A DNA stretch of 64,000 bases from Phoronis australis (taxonomy: Eukaryota > Animalia > Phoronida), in the NCBI GenBank assembly GCA_002633005.1, contig NMRA01000777.1, positions 33,879 to 97,878 of the forward strand, written 5' to 3'. Below the pieces are notes generated by a model. It saw only the letters and a program-made list of their open reading frames with translations, was not told the origin of the DNA and ran no database searches. Of this stretch, positions 1-13,470 are shown one piece after another; positions within the stretch are counted from its first letter, which is position 1; every line of letters starts with the position of its first letter. Position numbers and translations under genes: made by a program.

Positions 1-3000
1 AAAATTTGGCGGATTTTCTGCAATATCCTCAGGCTGTTTTTCTAGCTCTCAGTCACAGCTGCATGCGACGGAAGTACGATCTGAAATAATGAACTCTGTA
101 AGCCTCCCTCGACACAGGTCTCCTTACAAAAGAGCAGTCTGGTAATATGTACCGAGGACGGACATCATCGCACAAATTGTATTTTCCGTTGTTGATGACA
201 ACTACCCGCCCTTGGCTGGAAGCATGAAATTTATACAATGGGTAGCAATACTGCTATTGCCGAGTAGCGCATTTGGCGACATGCAACAATCAAACCTATC
301 CAGTTGATAAGTTTTGAAATTATTTGCAACCCAGATCAACAAATTGCATCGTCATAAATTCAAAACTCAAGTATTTTCACAGCGAAAGAGAATTTTCAGT
401 GACTACCACGTAGTACGTTGACGCATACGACCACCGCTCCACGCTGCGGTTGTTTTTATCTCAGAGCCTGGGTTTATTTCAAACTTAATGTCGGTATCAA
501 TATCTTTTCATGTGACAATAGCTTAAGACATACTAGAAGAGGAATTCCTGTGTTATTGACTTTGCGGAGTCAATTTCTCTCAATCGCCTGTTTTAATAAC
601 AAACGCCCGGCAAGACTTGAAGTAATCAAACTATGAAACGCCTGTCAACAGGTTAAAATCCCCTTAGATATGTGAACTATGCTCTCACGGTTAACAAAAA
701 AGCCAGGCTTCTACGATTTCCTAAAACGTTTTATTGCTTGCGTCGAGAAGACTGTTTTCGTGTATTGTGGCAGACTGAATTTCACGAACAAAACGTCCGA
801 CCTACTAAGTATATTTACTATACAAGAGGAAAACTTGTGATTGCTACGGTTTATTTTAGATATCAAAGTTCACCTTCTAAACATTAAAACAGCATTTTGT
901 GACAGACTGAATTTCACGGACAAATGTCGAATATCACAGTTGACTTCCAAAACACTGAAACAGCACTTAGTACCAGCTTGGTCACAAGAAAGAAAAATAT
1001 ACATGATGACACGTTCGGTTACTGTTTCCTTTACTGTTTTATACGCCACTGAGCGCACTGCCCAGAAACACCAAATAAATATCAGATCTCCGATTGCCTT
1101 GACACAGAAAATCAGCCGTTACTCGGAAATAAATTGTCACATGTCAAATACCTATTGAAAGAAAAATATGTTTATACCAACAGGGCACTCTGTAACTGTT
1201 TATTTTATATCTTATGTAAAATTGGCTAAACTCTAAATCCTGCCGAAGCTTTCAGCCTGCACCCCTCGGGGTTCTAGCTCCGGGCGATAGTAGATTCGAA
1301 AACGCTGACGGATCGACGGATACACTTGAAACTTAACACTCCAAATATTTTCGTTTTAATCTAGACATTCGGTAAATATAACTATCCAGCAAGTCACGCC
1401 GTAAGTATTTCATAGATTCTGTCACGGTGTTGACTGGGTATTTTCTGCACGTGTGAACTCAGTTCTATACAGTGGTTGAGTTAGAAAAATGAACTTGTTT
1501 TTTAATTAATGAGCTAAAAGTTTCGTGTTCTTATACATTATATAATTTGTAACTAAAAATTCCCTTCGTATGAATCTTTGCTATTCCCTTTGATGGAGAA
1601 ACAAATATGCATGAAATGAAAAACATATTTTTCAGCAATCGTTCGATCATAAATAATCGAAATACTTCGTATATTGCTACTTTCCTTTTGTGAACGTGTT
1701 TTGTTTGGTCGAAAAGAATTTCAACTTGTTTTGTATTTCCACAAAGACGTTTAACGCTCGGTTAGTTTTTTGAAATTTGTGTAGAAAGGAGCGCCAAGAC
1801 CAAGGCGGGCTTGTTTCATTTTTTTGTATTTCAGATAACATCTGCCACGTTAACATTTTTGAAATGCTTGTTTATTATTTACGCATTTACTCGAGTGTCT
1901 TATAAAATAGAAATTAATGAGTCTGTTGGCAGACTTTTTATTCAACCAGACGCGTAGGTGTGCTGCGGACATACGTATCAGCAGATGGTAAGAACAATCG
2001 ATGCGGCTATTTTTTATAAAGGAGCTCAAGAACACATAACAAGAAAATGTGCAAATCGTCTAAGATGACATCAAAACACCGAATGATGCGTCACAGCCAG
2101 AATAATGTTCATTTTTATTTGTTTTCAAGATAGTGTTTTTTTAATCAGAGTCACTTTTGTTCGTGTATAGTGGTTTATCCGTTGGTTGCCCGTCTCGCGT
2201 TATACTTAGCCCTCCAGTGTCCGCTAATGGCACAAATTAGCGTCGCCTCACTTGAACGCTTGTAAACAATCTGTTTCGCCGCTGCAGATTCTTTAATTGC
2301 TAAATTCTGTGAACGGTTTTCATTTTTGTGGTTCAGGGATAGCTGTTCTTTCATTCACTAAAAAACGTGTGACATACTGACGCACAGTTACAAGGTGTTG
2401 GAATGTCTTGAATGGTTTTCAATTGGTGACCAGCAAGTGCAGCGGGTATTTATTCCATAGTTGATGTTACGTAACGGAAATGTCACAATGACGTCCGCAA
2501 GACGTGCAGCAAACGGAAAATGTCTGTTTTATCATTCTGCTAAAGTCTGATCGCGAACGTGGCGTTTGGCTGAAAAAATTAGGGATTTGAAACGTAGTTT
2601 TCGGGATTGACAACGTTATCTGATTTTTAAGAGACGAATGAATAATCCAACCGCTTTGAAACGTTACCTGGCAACACGAAGAAGTGGTATATGAATGACC
2701 GCAATAACAGTTCCTGGGACAAATTGAAGAAGTCAAATCCTTGATACAATGTACTCTTACAGCGCTGTTTCTGAGACCTTCACTCGGTTTCAAACGGATG
2801 GGTTTCATTTCATTAAGCGCATAGTTTTGCACCCACCCCCGCCGTATCACCCGAGATGAGTGTCAGTTACTCCGCAAATGAGGCGAGGGTGGTTATTGTT
2901 GGAATAGACAATATTAGACCATAACTTGATAGACAACCTGCTTTTCAAAATGCCATTAGACCGAATATTTTTCCTTACAGCTAATTTCCTCTTAAATTTG

Positions 3001-5286
3001 TAAAGCTAATTTCTCTTGTCGCTTCTCCTCTTATCGCTTTTGAAAATATACCTTTGATAAAAGTGCTGTCAAACAGATTTCTGTTATAATTTTTTAGCAA
3101 GTAGTGAGAAAGGAAGTATTTCTGTTGCTGTAAAAGTTAATTTATTTGGTACCCGAGCATCAACCTTCATGGAATACTTTTGAACCTTTTCTTTTTTAAG
3201 ATTGTTTGATTCATCGTTTTTTGACACGATAAGTAAAATCAAATGTCTGTCGTATTGTGTTGTGGCAAGACCGAGCACTAAACGAAAGGCACAGTAGACT
3301 AGCGTGCACTTTACAAGAGACCTTCGTCCAAAACCTTCGTTGCATTCCATGACGTAAGACACTCACGAGTAGAGCTAGCGTTATCGCGCCCTTTGCTTGT
3401 GATATCTCGCGAATTCATGCGTGAACTTCCGTTTTTCACGAAGTTCTTCCTTGCGTCTACGCGACACAGTCCTTGTCTTCATTACTGTGGTTGTTTGCTC
3501 TATAAATTACTCTATTTACGTACCTCATTACCCAAACATACGCCGAGTTGGTATGGGCAATTGTGGGTGGATTATCAAAAAATCAATTGCTAACTTTGTT
3601 TGCAATGCATATTTCAGAAGCTCTGACGAAAAAACAAATCCTTAAGATTAACAATCGATTGATTAGACACCCTTTAATTTCATTGGAAAATTTGCATTGT
3701 CATTACCACGACACTGTGGGTGTGTGAATGACCTTACGTGTCAGGAAATTTGATGAATAGTGTGTGATATTTTGAATAAGTCTTTCTCTTTATCGCATTA
3801 TTCTTTTTACTTTAACGCAACCGATTGCAAGAAAACTTAACATGGATGGCCAATATTTTTAAAATGTGAATATTGTAACTCCTATCTCGCTTTCTAATTG
3901 GCAAAGAATTTTTAAACCACAATGACTTCATGGCGACATCTCTTAAAAGGATTGTGTCGCGGGATTGACAATTTTCCAAGTGCAGACTGGCTTACGAATG
4001 CCGCTTGGTCAAACCACAAATACCGTACTTTAACACTACCGCAATATCAAAAACAACTTTGCGAGATCCTCCTAAATGCTCTCTACTATTCAATTTTCTT
4101 CTTTTTAAGATCTGTATTAAACATATTCTTGCTTGTTTTAGGATTTTGAAATCGTCAAAGAAGATGGAAAACTGGCAGCCTTGCCAAGCTAATTTTAGTT
4201 GCGGTTGCCACGTTGTTTGTGGTTTCACGGAAAATTCACATGCCAATCTCTCCTCTATACCGCTGAATTGAAAACAATCCCTCAAAAACCTTGCACAAAA
4301 ATTTGGTGATCAAGATGCAGTTCGAAATAGGGTACAAGGAGCTCGCGTGTGGAAGACAGCGATCCTTAACTGAGTTGTTCATGAATCGGTTTGTATGAGG
4401 AAAATGGAAACAGAAGATTTGGTAGTGTCTCTAAGCTACACTTATTGGAAAACAGATACGTGAAACGATTAGGCGAATTCTCGACCTCTAAATTACGGAA
4501 CCTTGTAAATTTCAGCTCGCGATATCTTAGTTACATTGAGCGCTGTCTTTTTGTAATGCGACTGTTACCTTGGAACACCATCTGCTTTTCAAAGTGGCGA
4601 GTGTTGAATGTTTTGATTTTATTTTGAAATCTTTGCAAAAACGTCGAGTCGGGAATTAGCACTTCTTGCATTCAATGATTATACTGTGGTTGGAAAAAAG
4701 CTCTCAAGTGTTATTTTTGGCTAATAAACCTCTTCGTGCCATTTATCTTACTTTGAAGTTGGCCGTTTTCGACCGGGTCCCACTGATTCCGCGCTCAATC
4801 TAACTTAATAAGGTCACTGGCCAAGTGTGACATGTATTACTGGGACGACATTCTAAAGATTCCTCTTCGAGATTCATATTCTTGCATTAAATATGGGCTT
4901 TATTATTATTCACTGAAATAAACAACATACCGTCTGTAAACAAGTCAATTACTATAATTACTAGCCGTCACGAGAATTAATCGATCTTAACCATATTGAA
5001 TAAACCCATATGGGTTCAAGCGCTTGCTTGCTCGTTCATCCTACTAAATACTCGTGTTAATCTGTTTTCGTTAGAGTGTTTTAACTGTTGACTTAGTCAG
5101 TCACTATCCTGTTCAGTAATAAGAAATGAGTGTTTGACTTATTGTTTGATCTTCTGATCGATTTACACAAGCAAGTACCCATGACAGAATATCTTGTTTT
5201 TGTGTTTATATGTTTGTCTTCAAGGACACGCCTTTAGTTACCGGTGGCATAATTAACTTAAATTTGCTGTTCAACTTTTGAAGAGT

Positions 5287-5328
5287 ATGCCATTTCGATG
5301 TGACATGTCAGATCAGTTTCTTACCATG
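5287..5328 (+). CDS. Probable upstream coding mini-exon of the neurotrophin (MPFRCDMSDQFLTM)
   Basis: ATG at 5287, 14 open codons, then a consensus donor ATG|GTAAGT at 5329. Phase 0 joins in frame to the acceptor at 10385 (LLQKAMLIGAVW...). Inferred from splice signals only. Confidence 0.55.
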
Positions 5329-5524
5329 GTAAGTGATCGAAGTTCACTTAATGCTATTCTCGGACACTGTTAAAGGGAGACTTTGTAGAATGGCAAAGCA
5401 ATAGCTAGTGTATAAAAACATGACATGTGCGTCACATGTCACGTTAGGCTAAAACAGGCTATCTAAAGCGTGCACTTTGACTCAGGTAAACTGGCTTGAA
5501 AATAGCACTAACGAGATAGTTTAT

Positions 5525-6715
5525 CTTTTACGCTAAACTTGGGTATCGTACCACTGCGCCCAAGGCAGATATACACATGTGGGCGCATATCGTCGTCACT
5601 ATTTGGCGTCCCGTGTCCCGCGTCCCGTGTCCTGAGGCCGAACGGCGTCCACAGCTCTACCTCTAAACAGTTTGCATGATTCTTTGTGAATTTTGTCAAG
5701 TATGCTCCTATGAACGTGACGACCGATGACAACAATTTTCGAAAGCATGCAACTGTGCCCTCTGGTGATAATTTCATTTTTACGTTTTCTTCTGTATCTA
5801 CCATACTCCTTGATAGATTAGTATAAGATTTGGCAAATCATTTTTACTCGTTAAGGAGACGACGACACCTTTCCAATTTCGGACGTACTGTGACATCTCT
5901 CTACGGCCATTTTTTCCGAATCTTTTAACGTCAGCCTTTCCATAGGCCGAGGCACTCGAACCATCATAAATGGCAAAGTGAACACATTGAAGAGATCGGC
6001 TAACGTTGATTTGAGTCCGATTACTATGGAGCCTCTTAGTGGCATTTTTGTTGCTGCCTCAAGTTTCATGAAATTCCTTGATGGAACTTCATGAAATTTC
6101 ATATATTATCATAAATGTTTTATTGAGGACTAAGCACGGGACGAATCTGACTACTGTAGCGTCCTCATAATGGCCGGTACGTTCCTGTGAAGGAGATGGC
6201 AGTACCTACTAGTTACAGACGGATGCCATATTCTTTCCACATCTCTTTTTGGCTTCCCCCCCACCACTTCCTATCCGCCAAGCCCCGTAAAGAATCTCCA
6301 CTGGTGAAAGTTGGTGTTCCTGTTGAGGAGAGCTTGGCCGACATTGAGTTTCGGACAGATCTACTGTGACGTTTCCTAGTGGTAATTTTGGTTTTCTTTG
6401 CTCAGTGCTGTCTCATTATCTGCCAAATTTTTTGACGGCCTTCATGAAATTTGGTGCATCTTATTTTATTGAGGAAAGCTGGTGTTAATTTTCACTGATA
6501 TCAGTTCTGTGGCACCCCCTAGTGGAAAATTGTCATCCCGTCTGCCTTAATATCTACCAAGATCTTAGATGGATCTTCTTGAAATTGGAAAAGTGTGTTC
6601 GTAATATGAGTTAATTTTCTAAAATATTCCACTACCATGGAAGTGTTTAAAAATGAGCAACTCTTACATCTTTACCGCTTGTGATAAACACGGTGGGCGA
6701 ATGAGTCTTATAATT
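5525..6715. mobile_element. Degenerate Helentron-associated (HINE/DINE-1/pearl-like) non-autonomous element in the neurotrophin intron
   Basis: T-rich start, then a short CGTCCC-type microsatellite (5603-5630). About five decayed core repeats of the form TTGATGGAnCTTCATGAAATTTGG (~5672, 5810, 6078, 6431, 6565). Ends near CACGGTGGGCG (~6690). This layout matches HINE elements of marine invertebrates. Boundaries are approximate. Confidence 0.45.
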
Positions 6716-9700
6716 TGAAACGTAATTACGTACAAGTGCACTTAACGATCCATAAGGCTCCGTGGAGATCGGTAAATTGTCAAAGGCTGAGTTTTAGAAA
6801 ATGTGTGTTCCCGTAGACATTTAAAATGTCTATGGATGCTTTACGTAAACGATATAGCCAACCTGATGTACTACACGACATCTACATTATCATGCACTTT
6901 AATCACGTTCTTTTACGTAAATGCGAGACCCCAAATGGTAACTCCACCTGGTGTTCGGTCATGTCGTAGCATGATCATTCCCTAGCTTTTGTTAGTCAGT
7001 CTTCGACAGTCTCGTCTTTCCCCTGTTGGGTGTAATCTACTTTATTTGTGGGGGTTGCAGGTACAAAATTCAGATGCCCTCTCATTTAGAAATTGGACTT
7101 GAAAGAAGGAGAAGTGAGCTTCCATGGAAAAGTTACCAGTGCAATCTCATTTCAGAAACACGACAAACCAGATCCTGTCGTATGACTGAATCTAGGCAGC
7201 ATTTGTCTTAGTTACCGATTCTAAGCGTAGAAAAATGCGCGTGCACTGATAACCACGCAGATTCTTTGAGGTTTTTTGCAGTTGCGATAGAATAAATACC
7301 TGTACGTATAAAAATAGTATTCAAATATGGCACTGGAAGGATGTTAGCTGTTGGGTTATATATGAGCCTTCATGAAACATTGTTATTAATGCGGCGGTCG
7401 GTTCGAACCAGTTCATGCAGCAAGGAATCCACGTTACAGCACCATGGTTGAATTCTTTTTAGCAAAAAATGAAAGCCATGATGTGGTATCATTACCTGTA
7501 ATTATAAGTGGTTATGACGCTATAACGAATTCTTCTGCAGTGAAGTAGGCACTGGGCGGGTCATTGCCACGTGCAGTTGATTAATTTGCATATTAACATT
7601 TGTTTTCGTGTATGGTGAATCATTTGTTTTCGTTTATATTTAAGGGGAAATAACATGATTCCTATAAGAACCCGACGGCTTCTGTTAAGTTAAATTATGT
7701 CGTGGATGGGAAATTTTAACGGTCAAGTTGCGGCCAGGATCTGTTTCACTCACTGATGTTATCCTCGCACGGGCTAGACATACGGGGGGATGGTGTTTAC
7801 CCATATCTACTTCTCCGGTACTCAAACTACTTACTGAGAACTTGGCGTGTCTGCATTGTACGTAACGAAAAAATAGCTCAGTTGATGCTTCAAAAATGCT
7901 TAACCAGGTCTTTCGCAATAGAGTGTATACACAAGCATTGAGGATTGGTAACCGACCGCATGCTTTCGTGAATGGGTATTAATACTTGATCTCATCTTGT
8001 TTAGGACTGGCATTTCTAAATCAAGATAGAACGTGCTTTGGAATGTATGGTGCTATGAGCGAAATGATGGTTTCAAAGTTATGAATAAATGATTGATTAC
8101 TTATTTGATGTATGTTAATAACCTCAAGAATTCCATACCTCAAACTATTTTATGAATGGACACAAAAAGAATGATACCCTGTCATGCCAAACGGCATTTC
8201 TGTCGAAGCGAAAACAATGGTTTATTAAAAATCGGTTTACTGACGTGTCAGCGTAGTCAAACTATACACAGTGATCAGCAGGTGTCGCTTTTGGCGTTTC
8301 GTCACGGACTGTTGAGATACCGTGTACGTTTTCTTTTTTTACAAGAGGCATTGTGTGATTTTGAACATGTGGTAAATCCATTCTGTAAAAACTTAACGTC
8401 TTTGAAATAGAGGATGAGTTTCATTTTTAACTCAGTGTTTATTGAATGACGATGTTGAGCAAATGATTATCCCGCAGTAAAAATGTGGACTCTGATTTCT
8501 TGATGTTCAAGAAGAGTGTGATCGAGGCTTTTTCTAAAAGGGTAGCAGAGTTTTCAACACAAATATTGCTCAGTAGAAGTATTTTGTTATTTCCGTTATT
8601 TTATTTATTTGATAAGTACCATTGAGATGTTGGGTACGTATGTACGATTATTTACTAATTGTTAAGGCAGTAACTTAGATGAACCTGCTTTAACCAATTT
8701 GACATGACAAAAAATCTTTCATATGCAAACTACATGTATATGAGTACAAATGAAAGGACTAAACTTTTCACGACATTTGGACGTGGATATGTGCATACAC
8801 TGTCGGACGTTTTTCTGAAATTCTTTTAAGCATCACTGGTGACACCAATAACTGCTTCCATAGCAAAACGTTATCTCGCAAACCAATACCAACTGTTAGA
8901 AACACACAACGTTCAATCATGTCGAGGCCACAGGTGTATACTTGCTGACTTATCGTGAAAAGTTTTTCCGAATCATGTTTCCTAATGTATTAGGCTAAAA
9001 ACTGATGTTGTAAAACTAAATTAGCAAGGTGTTCCTACCAACAGCGTCTAACGCAGCCAAAATGTTTTCAGCATGGTGAAATTAAACGGCTGAGGGACAG
9101 TTCACTAACAGAATAAGAAAAGTTTCGGTAACAGGACCTAAAATGTCTAGAACACATGTACTCAAACGTCTAAATATATGTGAAATGTGAAAAACAACAG
9201 GCGCACATAGTAAAACATTGTTCCGGATAGCATGGAACTTCCCTGTACGTATAACAAATAATGGACGAACTAACATTTTTTCAGCACACAACAGGTGTTA
9301 TTTAATTGAGTGAAATACCATAACGCTTCCACTACACATGTGTCGCCAGCTTAGGGTAATCAACTAATCGTCCAGAGATTTCATATGTTCCACGGAAGTT
9401 AGTGTAATTAAGGTACAGTTACTTCCGGGATATTTCTGGCCGATATTGAAAGTTTGTCGTTTTTCACTCGAGGAAACGAATAAGAAAATTCATCAAGCAT
9501 ACTTCAAATCTGTGATGGATTTAGGGGGCCGGGAGGGGGGGGGCAGGCAAGGTGTCATGTGAATAAGGTAACCGATGTTTAGACCATACGCAAGCAATGG
9601 CCGATGTACAGGGGCAATTCGGGGTTTAATCTTACCTCGAGCGGGTGCAACCAAAAATCGCCCTGGTCACAACTGCGCCCGGCGCTGGTGCAGCAAAGCA

Positions 9701-10399
9701 GCTCGTCGCAAAATGATACATCCGCTCCTTTTTAGTGTTTTGACACGTTTTTAAACAATCTCTTAAGACATTTCGGTGAACACAATCAGCAATGCATGCC
9801 CACGTTTGTTTTTGTCTCGACGTGACTCCTTTGTACCGGCGTCTGTGACGCACGATTAATAGGAGTTTGCATGGTCAAAGAGACGTTTCTCCAATAGCAC
9901 ACGTCTTAATGGGGGTTATGAGTAGCGCTAAATGGAGAAACCAACTGTGGGTTCCCGGCCCGCTTTCTCCGGTCGTGGTTTTCTTGTCTGTTTTAAGATA
10001 TTTTAATTACAGTGTCAGCTGCCCGCCACAGGTGACGAAATAACTAACAATATCGACTGTAATGAAGAAAGCTAAGAAATTGCGTTCTAGTTTTTAATTC
10101 AAGAAACTTCATCAGAGCAAGAAGCCAACAATAAATTTGCATCAGGGAGAAATTGTTGCACGGGTATGCAGCATTTAAAAACGTACGAGAGCACTTCAAG
10201 GTCACTTGTCCCGCTGCCTTCTATCTGTGTTGTACTAGCCTGACCACGTTGGTTCTGTTATACTCAGTAACAACTGACTCTATAATGTCATTACAAAATA
10301 AATGTCCATATTTCTCACTTTCAGGGAACTTACAGTCTTGTGCAAGCATGCTGCCTTTTGTAATATAATTTTATTTATTTTCAGTTACTTCAGAAAGCG

Positions 10400-11110
10400 A
10401 TGCTCATTGGAGCCGTATGGCTCAGCGTCTCCTCTGTCGTCACCAGCGCCCCAACGGTCAACGGCGAGTCCGGACACAGGAGACGTCAAAGAAAACGCCA
10501 ATTAAGAAACATTTCCCTGAGTACCGAAACACCCCATCGGTCGCGAAAACTGCATCTCGATTTTATCCCCCCAAATCTTATTTCTGACTTCGTGATGTTC
10601 TCAACAGAGAAACCACGTGATCCTCCACGTAGCGTAGTGATATCGGAGTCACTTACGCCAGACGAACTGAATGTGGGAAGTGGCGACACCTATGACCACC
10701 TCACAAATTCCACGACTAGCCGTAGTAAGAGGTCTTCACGAAGAGCTGGTGCAATTCGTTATTCCATCTGTGACAGTGTTAGCAGCTGGAACCAAAAGCA
10801 TAAAGCTCGCACAATAATGCACAATGAGGTTCGCGTGGCCCAGAAAATAAAAAACGGCAGAATTACCGTAAACCAGTACTTCTACGAGACATATTGTCGC
10901 TATGACAACAGACCTTGCACAGGAATTGACACGTCACGATTCTTCTCAGTGTGTGAAACGAAACATATCGACGTATTAGCCAGGGTAGTAAATAGTCTTG
11001 GTCAGGAACAGTGGGATTTTATAAAAATACGCGGCTCATGCAATTGCGCCCTCTATTTGAGAACTGATCGTCAACCGAGCATAATAGACCACTTGGATAG
11101 GATAGGATAA
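10400..11110 (+). CDS. Neurotrophin (NGF/BDNF/NT-3 family) prepro-protein, main coding exon
   Basis: 236-aa ORF with a hydrophobic signal-like N-terminus (MLIGAVWLSVSSVVTSAP) and polybasic convertase sites RRRQRKR and RSKRSSRR. The mature domain has all six cystine-knot Cys and NGF-family motifs: SICDSVSSW, QYFYETYC, CTGID, C-ETKH, W-FIKI-GSCNC (human NGF: SVCDSVSVW, QYFFETKC, CRGID, W-FIRIDTACVC). A splice acceptor (ttatttattttcag) ends at 10384, 15 nt upstream of the ATG and in frame. AATAAA at ~11533. Confidence 0.95.
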   Translation: MLIGAVWLSVSSVVTSAPTVNGESGHRRRQRKRQLRNISLSTETPHRSRKLHLDFIPPNLISDFVMFSTEKPRDPPRSVVISESLTPDELNVGSGDTYDHLTNSTTSRSKRSSRRAGAIRYSICDSVSSWNQKHKARTIMHNEVRVAQKIKNGRITVNQYFYETYCRYDNRPCTGIDTSRFFSVCETKHIDVLARVVNSLGQEQWDFIKIRGSCNCALYLRTDRQPSIIDHLDRIG

Positions 11111-11860
11111 ACGCAATAAGTACGTGTGGCATTCGTGGTGGAAATTACGTGATTGCATGAACGGGACTCGACTTTGACCATTTTTTCTGTATAGGTTAAG
11201 TTCAAGTTTCCATTTCTGATGTTGACATGGTAATTAACTCTTGATAATTATCAACAGGCATGAATTGACACGTCATGGACTAAGTCTTGTTTCAAAATTT
11301 TAAGTCACATTCACGTAACTTCCCGTTGATGGTATCAGGTGTTTTTATTCGCGATACTCACGACTACTGCCCTTGAGATTATTCATATGTGCAACATTAT
11401 AGTTTGTTTGGTCGTCAGTATTCCAAAGATAAACGCGAGTTTAGCTTTTATACAGCCAAGCTAAGATGACTATTAATTAATTAGAATGATGATATCGAAG
11501 TTTACTTTGTGAACTCGATGAGATTTTGTTTAAATAAAATCAACACTGTTTTTCTGTGAAACAATGACATCATAACATTTCGACTAACAAACGACAATCG
11601 TAGTTTTTATGACTAGGTAATTGTAGTAGTCAAGTGAACTCATATTTCGCTAGCGGAGGATGTTGTGATCACGTGTTCTTGTAAAAGACATAGAAATGAC
11701 TTGTACTTTCTATACGATACAAATTGACGAGCAATTCCAGGCTATCCAATTGGTGTAATAACTGTTGTTGATTTAGTTGACGAAGCTTTCGCGGTTGAAT
11801 AAACAATAATTTAAATACTAAAACGTGATAACATTGGTGTATGTTGTGGAGCTCACGCGC

Positions 11861-12060
11861 CACTAGCGTAGCAAGAGGGGACACAGTGGGAACCTCTATT
11901 CATTGCAAAAAAGACCTCCTCCTTATCAAAATTCCTTTCAGTTCTGCGTTTGGGCCTCCTTAGTTGGAGAGTACACCCAGGTTGCCATTCATTTCACGCC
12001 CCCCTCCGACCGACACTTTCGCTTTTGGTCCCCTGTTTAATACTTCTGGCTGCGCCAGTG
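11861..12060. mobile_element. Short GC-rich hAT-like MITE
   Basis: Imperfect terminal inverted repeats (TIRs) CACTAGCGTAGCAAGA / TCTGGCTGCGCCAGTG with poly-C/G subterminal tracts. The flanks ctcacgcg/ttcacgtg resemble a decayed 8-bp TSD. Confidence 0.4.
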
Positions 12061-13470
12061 TTCACGTGATTTGATTTTTTGAATGTTCATTTGAGATTGT
12101 ATAGATAAACTTGCAGCTTTTCTAAGCTGTGAGTTAAGAAATTGCTAAAAAAAATCTCTGTCAAGGTACCGGGAGAACAAGCGAACGGCAAATACTCAGT
12201 GAATGAGTGATCAACTCCGTCGCACCACCTCGCGGCGTTATTTGTAGATCACCATGGTTGGCCTCTAGAGGGCGCTCATTGTCAGTGTAAGGGAAATAGT
12301 TAATCGTTATTATTGTGACTGTATCTATGTTATTATTCTGTTGATGTCTCTTTAACTTAATTTATTTCTTTTTACTGATATACTGTAAGAAACGAAAAGG
12401 GTTGCCATATGCTTTGGCTCAACCTTAGATTTTCAAAAAAAAAAATATCCGTCGGTTTTTGCCGAAGTTAGGATTATTATCCATGCAGGTACGGTGTGCG
12501 GGACAGTGTATCTAGTCTAGTTAGATCACGATCTTGGAACAACACTGCTCTCATTTAAAAAAAACAAGTTGACCTAATGATGGACACGCAGTTCAATTTT
12601 AATCAGGGGTTGCTGCGTGATGAGAATCCCGATTTGTGTACTTGTATGCCTAGTCCTTTTAACAGAAAGACAAACGGTTGTGTTTTTAATAAACGAGTCA
12701 AAACGTTGTTATTTTGTTATGTATTCTGGCAAATACTACACTTATTTTGATAAGATCATACACAACAACCCAGAGTTATTGCAATCAACAAACATTCATT
12801 ACCTAGAGTCTTGTGTGAAATCATTCGGAACACCTCGGTATTTGCATATCCTCAAATTTTCTCTTGGCGCATCCGGAACTCCTCGGGCATTTTCGTATTC
12901 TCAAATTATCCCGAGGTGTTTCATACCTGAGCATGTGCAAATGTCAATCATAACATCAAATGGATTTGGTCAAGAGTCGGCTAATGATGACCAAGAAGGT
13001 TTCAATCAAAGTCGGTGATGACGTTCAAGCAAGCAACTTCCTGATGGACCGTTTCTCTTACTTTGTTAAAAGCTTGTTATCACGGGGTTATCACCACGCA
13101 TTCAATGGCATTCTCCATTTTGGGGGTTGAAATTCGCACATGTGCAGATATGCAACACCTCTGAGGAATAATTTGAGATTCACGAGGTGTTCTGGACATC
13201 TCTTGGACGGGAACTTTATCAGCGGATGAGTGAAGTTCAATCATTCGGCCAAACATTTTCTTCTAGGTATGTGTTCAGATAGTTTGATAGTCTCAAGTGT
13301 TGAAAGTGTCATCGTACTTTCGCCACAAGCATAATTCATCTTACATAGCAACGTCATCGCTTTCTGGCTTTGCTTAAATTGAAATTGTTTACAAGTTGCA
13401 TAGAGAACCCCTGGCGGCCATCATGGCGACTGAACCGCCAACAGAGCGTTAGAATGCGGGTTCTGCGCTG

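Noticed and set aside
400-5440. CRE half-sites (TGACG, TGACGTAA at 3350) upstream of the neurotrophin, suggesting BDNF-like activity regulation
   Set aside because: No full TGACGTCA in this region, and the half-site frequency is not clearly above chance.
7436-7455. REST/NRSE-like CAGCACCATGG in the neurotrophin intron
   Set aside because: The right half (ACAG..CC) does not match the consensus.
1-10300. Many 60-130 aa ORFs in the six-frame track, here and throughout the window
   Set aside because: Most start at TTG/GTG, show no recognisable motifs, and have the length expected by chance in intronic or intergenic DNA.
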